DNA of 40,542 nucleotides from an uncultured Treponemataceae bacterium (GTDB lineage: Bacteria > Spirochaetota > Spirochaetia > Treponematales > Rectinemataceae): assembly GCA_964604295.1 (NCBI GenBank), contig CAZRYP010000002.1, forward strand, positions 1 to 40,542. Direction: 5' to 3'. Shown piece after piece: positions 33,467 to 40,542 of this stretch (its first letter is position 1; every line of letters begins with the position of its first letter). The translations under genes and the position numbers were made by a program. The notes beneath the pieces were generated by a model. The model ran no database searches and had not been told where the DNA came from. It saw only the letters and a list, made by a program, of their open reading frames with translations.

Positions 33467-35608
33467 ATGTCTTCCATACCAAGCGATTATCTCGAACGCG
33501 TCTACGCGGGTTTTCTGGGCAAGAACGTGGGAATCAGGCTCGGCGCGCCCGTGGAACCCGCCATCTGGACCTACGAGCGTATCCGCGAGGTGTATGGCGA
33601 CGTTAGGTCCTATCTGAAACCCTACAGAAATTTCGCCGCCGACGATGACGCCAACGGCCCCGTGTATTTCGTGCGTCCCCTGCTTGAGGCGGCGGAGAAT
33701 GCCGTGCCGGGAGCCGTGCCGGCGACGACGCCTGCCGATGTCGGCAAGGCCTGGCTGGACTACGCGAGGGAAGGCGTCGGGATGTTCTGGTGGGGCGGCT
33801 ACGGCCGGAGCACCGAGCACACGGCCTACCTGAACCTCAAGCATGGGATCCAAGCGCCCGAATCCGGCTCTATCGAGCGAAACGGCCTGGTGCCGGCCGA
33901 GCAGATAGGCGGGCAGATTTTCATCGACACCTGGGGCCTGGTATGGCCGGGAAATCCCGGAAAGGCGGCGGATTACGCTGCCGCCGCGGCTTCCGTGTCC
34001 CACGACGGCGAGGGGCTGCTCGGCGCGCGCTTCATCGCGGGCTGCATAGCCGCCGCCTTCGTCGAGAAGGATATCCGTCCGGTGGTCGAGACAGGCTTGG
34101 GCCTTCTGCCCGCCGGTTCGAAATACGCCGAGGTGGTGAGGGCGGTAGTGGACTTCCATGACTCCCATCCCGGGGACTGGCGCCCCTGCCAGGAATATCT
34201 CATCGCGTCCTGGGGCTACGATAAATGGCCCGGGCTCTGCCACATCATCCCCAACGCGGGCGTTTGCGCCCTGGCTCTCCTCTACGGCGCCGGCGATTTC
34301 GCCCGCACGGTGGAAATCGCCACCATGTGCGGATGGGACACCGATTGCAACGCCGGGAATGTGGGCACGATCGCGGGCGTCCTGTACGGTCTGGACTCGA
34401 TTCCGGCGCATTACCGGGCACCCATCAACGACAGCATCGTCCTGTCGGGCCTGCCCGGCGCGCTGAACATCCTCGATATCCCGACTTTTTCCAGGCGGCT
34501 CTGCGCCGCCGGGTACAAGCTGGCGGGAGAGCAGGTTCCCGCGCCCGTGGCCGCCGCCCTCGAGCGGGGCGACGGCGAGAAGGCGCTGGATTTCGATTTC
34601 CTTCTGCCGGGATCGACGCACGGCATGAGGGTTTCGGACCCCGTGGGCTTCGCGGCCGCGCACAGGGCGGGCATGGGGCTCGAGGGCGGCGGCGCGCTGG
34701 AGTTCCGCTTCGAGCGCCTGACCCGGGAGATGGGCGGGAAGCTCTTCTACAAGCCCTTCTACAGAAGGGAAGATTTCGACGATGAGCGATACAGCCCGGT
34801 CTTCTCGCCGGCGGCGAGGCCGGGGCAGACCGTGAGGCTCCGTTTCAGGATGGAGCGGTGGGAGGGGCAGAGCGTCGGCATCGAAGGGTACGCGAGGGAC
34901 AGCTTCACGAAACGGGACATGATCGCGACGAAGACGCTCTTTCCCGAAGTAGGCGAAGAGTATTGGATCGAATTCGCGATTCCGGATACGCAAGGATCCT
35001 CCGTCGACGAGATAGGGATCAAACTCACGAGTTTTTCAGGAAAGGGCAAGCGCGATTCGGGCCGCCTCCTCGTCGACAGGTTCTCCGTGGGCGGCAAAGC
35101 GCGTTATGCGATCGATATTGCGAAGCAGGCCGTGGAATTCGGCTGCGTCACGCCGTTTTCCCATGACGGCGGCTCCTGGTCCGTGGAGGAGGGGCGACTC
35201 CATCTCATGACTCCGGCGAGGGCCTTCTCCTGGACGGGAGGCTACAGGGTGGGCGGCCAGAGCGTCGCCGCGCCCGTGAAGCCCCTCGCGGGCGACAGCC
35301 ATCTCCTGATCGCGAGGGCGGGCGGCGCCATGAGGGGTTATCTGGCGGGATTCGACGGGGAGGGCGGGGTATCCATCTTCAGGAACGATTTCGGCGTCTC
35401 GCGCATCGCCCACGCCGACTTCCCGTGGAAGCACGGCGTCGATTACGGACTCCGCGTCGAGGCGGTCAAGGATCGCATAACGCTCTTCGTCGATGGCTCT
35501 GCCGTCCTCGAGGCCAGGGACGATACCTTCGCGACGGGCATGGTCGGCTGCGGCGCGCTGCGGGCCGCCAGGACCCTGTTCGGACCCTTCGCTGTCGAGG
35601 AGCTCTGA
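33467..35608 (+). CDS. ADP-ribosylglycohydrolase family protein with about 300-aa C-terminal extension (713 aa)
   Basis: The ATG at 33467 follows GGAG; the ORF-track start at 33392 is Arg-rich and unlikely. ARH contexts are FLGKNVGIRLGAP, AADDDANGPVYF and CGWDTDCNAGNVGTIAGVLYG. Residues from about 400 to 713 have no motif I recognise and are beta-rich, possibly a lectin or jelly-roll fold. Confidence 0.75.
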   Translation: MSSIPSDYLERVYAGFLGKNVGIRLGAPVEPAIWTYERIREVYGDVRSYLKPYRNFAADDDANGPVYFVRPLLEAAENAVPGAVPATTPADVGKAWLDYAREGVGMFWWGGYGRSTEHTAYLNLKHGIQAPESGSIERNGLVPAEQIGGQIFIDTWGLVWPGNPGKAADYAAAAASVSHDGEGLLGARFIAGCIAAAFVEKDIRPVVETGLGLLPAGSKYAEVVRAVVDFHDSHPGDWRPCQEYLIASWGYDKWPGLCHIIPNAGVCALALLYGAGDFARTVEIATMCGWDTDCNAGNVGTIAGVLYGLDSIPAHYRAPINDSIVLSGLPGALNILDIPTFSRRLCAAGYKLAGEQVPAPVAAALERGDGEKALDFDFLLPGSTHGMRVSDPVGFAAAHRAGMGLEGGGALEFRFERLTREMGGKLFYKPFYRREDFDDERYSPVFSPAARPGQTVRLRFRMERWEGQSVGIEGYARDSFTKRDMIATKTLFPEVGEEYWIEFAIPDTQGSSVDEIGIKLTSFSGKGKRDSGRLLVDRFSVGGKARYAIDIAKQAVEFGCVTPFSHDGGSWSVEEGRLHLMTPARAFSWTGGYRVGGQSVAAPVKPLAGDSHLLIARAGGAMRGYLAGFDGEGGVSIFRNDFGVSRIAHADFPWKHGVDYGLRVEAVKDRITLFVDGSAVLEARDDTFATGMVGCGALRAARTLFGPFAVEEL

Positions 35609-36825
35609 TGGACGGAATACGCTTCACCGCGGGATCGCGCGCCAAGTCGGACTGCTCCGTGGCCTACGCGAAGGGCGTGGCTCCGGTATCGGTCGCCCTG
35701 CGCTCCAGCGTCGCGTCCCTTTTCGGCAAGGCCATCGAGGCTGCGGTCCTCCGGGTCGCCGCCGAATTCGGCGTCGAGGGAGGCGGCTTCGAAGTCGACG
35801 ACGACGGCGCCCTAGACGGCACCGTGGCGGCGCGCGCGGAAGCCGCCCTGCGCATGGCGGGATTCACGCGCAAGTCCGCCGCGGCCCCTGCCGCCCCCGC
35901 GCGCGCCGCCTCGCCTCGGGACAGGCTTCGCCGCGCCAGGCTCTACCTGCCCGGCGACCAGCCCCATCTGGCGATCAACGCCGATCTGTTCGGCGCCGAC
36001 TGCCTCATCTTCGATCTCGAGGACGCCGTCGTCGCGGAGCGAAAATTCGAGACGAGGATTCTCGTCCGCCGCAGCCTCGAGGAGAGCCTCATGTTCGGCG
36101 GCTGCGAAGTCGTCGTGAGGATCAATCCGCTTTCGGGGAGCTGCGGACGCGAGGATCTGGAAGAAATCGTGCCGGCCCGGCCTCACGCGGTCATACTCCC
36201 CAAATGCGGATCGGCCGGAGACGTCGAGGAGGCCGATTCGCTGATCACCCTTCTCGAAAAAAAAGCCGGTATCCTGCCAGGCTCCATAGGCCTCATGCCC
36301 CTCGTCGAGACGGCGGCCGGCGTTCTCGCCGCAAGGGAAATAGCGCTAGCCTCGCCGCGCAACCTCTCCCTCTGTTTCGGACAGGAGGATTTCTCGAGGG
36401 ACATCCGCTCGGTCTCCTCCCCCGGCGCCGCCACCGACGACGCCGCGACTGGAGCCATGCCCGGCATCGAAAGCCTCCTGGCGCGCCAGATGATCGTGCT
36501 CGCGGCGAGGGCGGCCGGCATCGATCCTTTGGATACGGTCTATGCCGATATCGGGGACAAAGAGGGCCTCCTGCGTTCCTGCGCCGAAGCCAGGGCTCTC
36601 GGCTTTTCGGGCAAGGGAGTACTCCATCCCCTGCAGATTCCCTTCGTCATGAAGGCATTCCGCCCCACAGCCGAGGAAGCGGCGATCGCGGAAAGGACGG
36701 TCGCGGCCTTCGACGCGGCCGCGGCCGAAGGCCGCGGCGCGATCGCCGTGGACGGCCGGATGGTCGACGCGCCGGTGGCGGAAAAAGCCCGCGCGCTTCT
36801 GCGCGATTTCAGGGGAGAAGCCTGA
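35608..36825 (+). CDS. Fusion of citrate-lyase acyl carrier protein (CitD-like) and citrate/citramalate (citryl-ACP) lyase beta subunit (CitE-like)
   Basis: The ATG shares one nt with the upstream TGA (TGATG). Residues 1-95 align by eye with enterobacterial CitD (AGSRAKSDCSV; LRSSVASLFGKAIEAAVL; FEVDDDGALDGTVAARAEAAL). An Ala/Pro linker follows. The rest matches CitE/HpcH-HpaI (LYLPGD, LIFDLEDAV, VVRIN, ILPKC, PLVETAAG, FGQEDFSRD, DTVYADI, GKGVLHPLQI, AVDGRMVDAPV). Confidence 0.8.
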   Translation: MDGIRFTAGSRAKSDCSVAYAKGVAPVSVALRSSVASLFGKAIEAAVLRVAAEFGVEGGGFEVDDDGALDGTVAARAEAALRMAGFTRKSAAAPAAPARAASPRDRLRRARLYLPGDQPHLAINADLFGADCLIFDLEDAVVAERKFETRILVRRSLEESLMFGGCEVVVRINPLSGSCGREDLEEIVPARPHAVILPKCGSAGDVEEADSLITLLEKKAGILPGSIGLMPLVETAAGVLAAREIALASPRNLSLCFGQEDFSRDIRSVSSPGAATDDAATGAMPGIESLLARQMIVLAARAAGIDPLDTVYADIGDKEGLLRSCAEARALGFSGKGVLHPLQIPFVMKAFRPTAEEAAIAERTVAAFDAAAAEGRGAIAVDGRMVDAPVAEKARALLRDFRGEA

Positions 36826-36826
36826 C

Positions 36827-38404
36827 ATGGAATGGATCACCAACTCGCTCGGAAGGGCCCTACCCTCGGAACTGAATGGAAAGAAGCTCAGGCCCTTCAT
36901 GGGAGCCCACGCGGCTTCCTCCGGAGGCAGCGCCGCCGACGCCGCGGTCTCCGGCGCGCCGGCCGACGCCGCGAAAAGACCCTTGCCCGCGCGCGGGAAA
37001 CCCTCCAAACTGGTCTCCGGCTGGGATGAGCTCCTCGATCGCCTCGACCTTCATGACGGCGCGACGATTTCCTTTCACCACCACCTCCGCGACGGCGACA
37101 GGATAGTCAACGAAGTGGTAGCCCGGCTCGCCGCCCGCGGACTGCGCGGCCTCACGATCGCTCCCACCGCCCTCTTTCCCGTCCATGAAGCCCTCCTGCC
37201 CCATATCCGTTCAGGCGTCATCACCAAGGTCGAAGGCTCGATGTACGGCGCGATAGGCAATGCCTGCTCCAGGGGCGAGATCAGGGATGTCTGCGTCCTC
37301 CGCTCCCACGGAGGACGCCAGAGAGCCGTCCAGGATGGGGAACTCGTCATCGACGCGGCCTTCATCGCCGCCCCCTGCGCCGATCCCTTCGGCAACGCGA
37401 ACGGGCGCTCCGGCAGATCGGCCTGCGGCCCTCTGGGCTACGCCCTTCCCGATTCCGAGCGCGCGCGGAAGGTGGCGGTCGTCACCGACGGACTTGTGCC
37501 CTATCCCTGTCAGCCCTGGTCCATCAAAGGCGCCAATGTCGATTACGTCCTCGAGGTGGAGAGCATAGGCGACCGCTCGAAGATCGTCTCCGGCTCCATC
37601 GGGCTGACCCGGAGCCCCACCCAGCTCATCATCGCCGATCTCACCGCCAGGTTCATCGAGGCGGCGGGCATCATGAAGGAAGGATTTTCCTTCCAGGCGG
37701 GGGCGGGCGGCATTTCCCTCGCGGCGACCGTCTACCTTTCCGAAAGGATGAGGAAGGCCGGGGGGAAGGCTTCCTTCGCCCATGGAGGCGCCACCAAGGT
37801 CCTCGTCGATCTGCTCAAGGAAGGGCTCCTGGGATCCATCGTCGACCTGCAGAGCTTCGACCTGGACGCGGTGCGTTCCTGCGCGGAAAACCCGCGCCAC
37901 ATAGAATCCGATCCCTTTTCGTCCTATGGACCCAGGTCGGCCGGCTGCGTCGCGAACATGCTCGATGTCGCCATCCTGGGCGCCACGGAAGTGGACCTCG
38001 ATTTCAACGTCAACGTGAACACCCATTCCGACGGACTCCTCCTCCACGGCATCGGGGGCCACACGGATGCCGCTTCCGGCGCGGCCTGCACCATCATAAC
38101 GGCCCCTTCCTTCCGCAAGCGCATTCCCATAGTCCGCGAAAGGGTCACCACGGTGACCTGTCCAGGCGAAGTCGTCGATGTCATCGTGACCGAGCGGGGC
38201 ATAGCGGTGAATCCGAAGCGCGGGGACCTGGCCGAGAAGGCGCGCGGGGCGGGGCTCCCCCTCGTCTCTCTGGAAAGGCTCATGGACGACGTCAGGCGCA
38301 TCACCGGGATACCGGAAGCCCCCCGTTTCGGGGAGAGGCCGGTAGCCCTCATCCAATGGCGGGACGGCACCGTCATCGACGTCGTGAGAGAGTTGGCCAC
38401 CTAA
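36827..38404 (+). CDS. citF: Citrate lyase alpha subunit (citrate CoA/ACP-transferase)
   Basis: It starts 1 nt after the previous stop. DGATISFHHHLRDGD, VLRSHGGRQRAVQDGELVIDAAFIAAPCADPFGNANG and the 525-aa length match CitF closely. Confidence 0.85.
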   Translation: MEWITNSLGRALPSELNGKKLRPFMGAHAASSGGSAADAAVSGAPADAAKRPLPARGKPSKLVSGWDELLDRLDLHDGATISFHHHLRDGDRIVNEVVARLAARGLRGLTIAPTALFPVHEALLPHIRSGVITKVEGSMYGAIGNACSRGEIRDVCVLRSHGGRQRAVQDGELVIDAAFIAAPCADPFGNANGRSGRSACGPLGYALPDSERARKVAVVTDGLVPYPCQPWSIKGANVDYVLEVESIGDRSKIVSGSIGLTRSPTQLIIADLTARFIEAAGIMKEGFSFQAGAGGISLAATVYLSERMRKAGGKASFAHGGATKVLVDLLKEGLLGSIVDLQSFDLDAVRSCAENPRHIESDPFSSYGPRSAGCVANMLDVAILGATEVDLDFNVNVNTHSDGLLLHGIGGHTDAASGAACTIITAPSFRKRIPIVRERVTTVTCPGEVVDVIVTERGIAVNPKRGDLAEKARGAGLPLVSLERLMDDVRRITGIPEAPRFGERPVALIQWRDGTVIDVVRELAT

Positions 38405-38427
38405 CCGATTTTTTTAATTCCGACCGC

Positions 38428-38476
38428 TTGACAAAAATCTCATACTTTATTAGTGTATTAGATATCTAATACACTA
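38428..38476 (+). promoter_or_regulatory. Promoter with overlapping 26-bp perfect palindromic operator
   Basis: TTGACA (38428-33), a 17-nt spacer, then TAGTGT (38451-56). The palindrome TAGTGTATTAGAT/ATCTAATACACTA spans 38451-38476 and abuts the RBS GGAG. Confidence 0.6.
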
Positions 38477-38486
38477 GGAGTGTGTG

Positions 38487-39413
38487 ATGGTACAGATTGA
38501 ATCCATGACCTTCGGGTATGGAAAGGGACCGCTCTTCGAGGGTCTCGATCTGAGGCTCGAGCCGGGAACGGTATTCGGGCTTCTGGGATTGAACGGGGCC
38601 GGCAAGACAAGTCTCCTGAAGCTTCTCGCCGGCGCCCTGCGCCCTCGGTCGGGCGCTATCCGCGTTTTCGGCGCGGAACCGTGGAAGAGGGAGGCATCCT
38701 TTCTCGCCGACACGATCTTCGTGCCCGAGGACCCCTGGCTCCCCGCGGTCAAGCCGGCGGCATGGCTCGAGCGCTACGCCGTCTTCCGCCCGGCCTTCGA
38801 CAAGGAGCGCTTCGCCGCCCTGTCGCGGGAGTTCTCCCTCGACGACGACAAGCTGCTCACCAGGTATTCCTACGGCCAGAGGAAGAAATTCGCCCTCGCC
38901 GCCGCCCTGTCGAGCGGCGCCCGGCTCCTCCTCCTCGACGAGCCGACCAACGGCCTCGACATTCCTTCCAAATCCCAGTTCCGGCGAGCCCTCGCCGCGT
39001 CGGTCGATCCCGACCGGGTCGTCATCCTGTCCACCCACCAGGTCCGCGACCTGGAGCGGGTGATAGACCCCGCGGTCATCGTCCACGGCGGCAGGATTCT
39101 CTTCACCCTCGGCGCGGAGGAAATGGCCGAGAAACTGGGTTCGGCCCGCGTGCGGGAACCCGGCCCCGAGGTCGTCTACGCCGAAAGGGACAGTATGGGC
39201 TATTCGGCGCTCATAGAGCGCGGACGCTGCGACGGGTCCATAGGGGAAATAGGGACGGCCGATCTCGAACTCGTGTTCAACGCCGCGATCGCCATGCCCG
39301 GGCGCCTCGAAGCCGCCCTGAGAGGGGAAGCGCTTCCCGTCCTCGATCCCGCGGAGACTGTCGTACGGGAAAATTCCGCGGCCGAAGCCGCCGGCGAGGA
39401 GGCCGCAAAATGA
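38487..39413 (+). CDS. ABC transporter ATP-binding protein (YtrB-like)
   Basis: The ATG at 38487 is 6 nt after GGAG; the ORF-track GTG at 38484 is the alternative. Motifs: Walker A GLNGAGKTS, signature YSYGQRKKFALAAAL, Walker B LLLLDEPTNGLD, H-loop STHQV. Confidence 0.85.
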   Translation: MVQIESMTFGYGKGPLFEGLDLRLEPGTVFGLLGLNGAGKTSLLKLLAGALRPRSGAIRVFGAEPWKREASFLADTIFVPEDPWLPAVKPAAWLERYAVFRPAFDKERFAALSREFSLDDDKLLTRYSYGQRKKFALAAALSSGARLLLLDEPTNGLDIPSKSQFRRALAASVDPDRVVILSTHQVRDLERVIDPAVIVHGGRILFTLGAEEMAEKLGSARVREPGPEVVYAERDSMGYSALIERGRCDGSIGEIGTADLELVFNAAIAMPGRLEAALRGEALPVLDPAETVVRENSAAEAAGEEAAK

Positions 39414-40204
39414 CGAAAGAAACACTGGGCAAGCCCTTCAGCATCTCAAGGACAGCCCTTCTCATGCGGAACCGCGCCTTCGAGGATTTTCCCGCCATCG
39501 CCATAGCCATGGGAATCCTCCTTGGCATCAATGTCCTCGGGATCGTCCTGGGCGGAAGGGCGGTGATGAACGATTCGGAAGGCCAGACATGGGAATTCTT
39601 CATCGGGGTCACAGGCCTTCTTCTGGCGGGCATGGCCTTCAAGGGCATGCATGAAGGTCGATCGGGGACGGACTGGATCCTCCTGCCCGCCACGAGCCTG
39701 GAGAAATACTCCTCGGCCCTGATTTCCTATCTCCTCGTATTTCCCATAGCCGCGGGGATTGCCGCCACGGGGCTTTCCGCCTTCCTCTCCCTTGTCGAGA
39801 CGCTCGCGGGCGGACCTGGCGGAAGGATCTGGAGCCCACTTCTCGCGGGATTCGATGGCTGGAGCGATTACGCGACCGGGGCTCTCGTCCTGGCGGCGGG
39901 ATCGGCGGCTTTCAGGAAGAGGGCCGTCCTCAAGACCTTCGGGCTGTCCGTCGCCTATGTCCTGGCCGCGGCCGGACTTCTCCTGGGCGCCGTCCTCTTC
40001 GTCAGGAACGCGCGCGGCCTGCCCGTTCCGGGTTTTGTCCTCAACGATGGCGACATCAGCATGATAGGGGATTTCTCCATCGGCGCCGAGCCTGCCGTGG
40101 ATGTCGTCCTGGGAGTCGTGCGCTACGCCCTCATTCCTCTCTTCGCCCTCCTCTACGGGTATTTCCGCGTCGCGGAAAAGGAAGCGCGCGATGAGGTTCA
40201 ATGA
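39410..40204 (+). CDS. Integral membrane protein (putative permease partner of the ABC ATPase)
   Basis: It has an ATGA overlap with the ATPase stop. It is 264 aa with about six hydrophobic helices, and I recognise no family motif. Confidence 0.55.
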   Translation: MTKETLGKPFSISRTALLMRNRAFEDFPAIAIAMGILLGINVLGIVLGGRAVMNDSEGQTWEFFIGVTGLLLAGMAFKGMHEGRSGTDWILLPATSLEKYSSALISYLLVFPIAAGIAATGLSAFLSLVETLAGGPGGRIWSPLLAGFDGWSDYATGALVLAAGSAAFRKRAVLKTFGLSVAYVLAAAGLLLGAVLFVRNARGLPVPGFVLNDGDISMIGDFSIGAEPAVDVVLGVVRYALIPLFALLYGYFRVAEKEARDEVQ

Positions 40205-40542
40205 AGCGACGGCCATTTTCACCCAGATCGCCGAGTTCCTGGCCGACGACATCGTCGCGGGCAGGATCTTGCCGGGAGCGCGGCTGCCTTCGGCCCGGGA
40301 TATCGCCACCTCCCTCGAGGTGAATCCCAATACCGCCGCGCGGGCCCTGCAGGCGCTGGCCGACTCGGGGATAGCCCGGGTCGAGAGGGGCACGGGGTAT
40401 TATGTCTCGGAAACAGGGACCCAGACCGCCAGAGCCCTCAGGCGGTCCCGTTTCCTGGACGAGGAACTGCCGGCATTGTTCAGGTCGATGGCTGACCTCG
40501 ATGTATCGTTCGGGGAAATCGAAGCGCGGTGGAGGGATTTCG
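40191..40542 (+). CDS. GntR family (YtrA-like) transcriptional regulator, 3' partial
   Basis: This is not in the ORF track because it runs off the window; I read it directly from the sequence. MRFNEATAIFTQIAEFLADDIVAGRILPGARLPSARDIATSLEVNPNTAARALQALADSGIARVERGTGYYV is a classic GntR winged HTH. It overlaps the previous gene by 14 nt. Confidence 0.8.
   Translation, partial: MRFNEATAIFTQIAEFLADDIVAGRILPGARLPSARDIATSLEVNPNTAARALQALADSGIARVERGTGYYVSETGTQTARALRRSRFLDEELPALFRSMADLDVSFGEIEARWRDF

Noticed and set aside
30862-33477. Very long antisense ORFs. Examples: 871 aa at 30862-33477 (-), 600 aa at 2140-3942 (-), 494 aa at 26678-28162 (-), 514 aa at 33449-34993 (-), 541-aa extension at 17655-19280, 416 aa at 5155-6405 (+).
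   Set aside because: They lie opposite or out of frame to genes with clear family motifs. They are Arg/Gly/Pro/Ala/Asp-rich with no motifs, and stop-poor shadow frames are expected at about 65% GC.
38396-38417. A possible intrinsic terminator after citF: a weak GTTGG/CCTAAC stem followed by a T7 run.
   Set aside because: The stem is only 5 bp with a G-U pair and a 3-nt loop. The T-run may simply belong to the AT-rich promoter region of the next operon.
1-40542. CRISPR arrays, rRNA genes, intact IS elements and recognisable phage-defence genes.
   Set aside because: I saw no regularly spaced direct repeats, no rRNA-like sequence, no intact transposase with terminal inverted repeats, and no defence-type domains in any supported ORF.

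Overview
This is a GC-rich bacterial chromosome segment. Hand-counted 60-nt lines give about 65% GC in the flanks, about 55% at 9.3-11.8 kb and about 37-45% at 12.4-12.7 kb. The gene content suggests an anaerobic peptide or amino-acid fermenter, but I cannot assign a taxon from sequence alone. All family calls come from reading motifs in the supplied translations; no searches were run.

Layout:
(1) 1-4464 (+): the tail of an Opp/Dpp ABC ATPase, an M24 Xaa-Pro-type peptidase, a TPR-like protein and a Na+/solute symporter.
(2) 4537-9149 (-): a buk-ptb operon with a two-gene 2-oxoacid:ferredoxin oxidoreductase whose beta and gamma modules are fused.
(3) 9.3-16.9 kb: an AT-richer accessory block. 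It holds a predicted beta-barrel protein plus a large lipoprotein, then tRNA-Lys(UUU) followed by a frameshifted and truncated integrase. Two PadR-controlled cassettes follow: PadR-MFS, and a split permease pair with a Cys-bearing PadR, a cupin and a DsrE-like protein.
(4) 17.0-25.4 kb: envelope genes. These are a CAP-domain lipoprotein divergent from an SLH/metallo-beta-lactamase/cadherin-like protein, a triple-LCCL protein with a frameshift, two YczE/DUF6198-type membrane proteins, and MFS-CorA.
(5) 25.8-27.9 kb: an ABC-2 exporter pair.
(6) 28.0-38.4 kb: the most unusual locus. A LacI regulator with twin perfect operators is followed by two ADP-ribosylglycohydrolase-fold enzymes and an LplBCA-type ABC importer. 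These are translationally coupled to a CitD-CitE fusion and CitF, which together look like an ACP-dependent citrate/citramalate-lyase complex. No citC, citX or citG is present.
(7) 38.4-40.5 kb: an ABC ATPase, a membrane protein and a YtrA-like GntR operon behind a 26-bp perfect palindrome.

No CRISPR array, rRNA or intact mobile element was seen.
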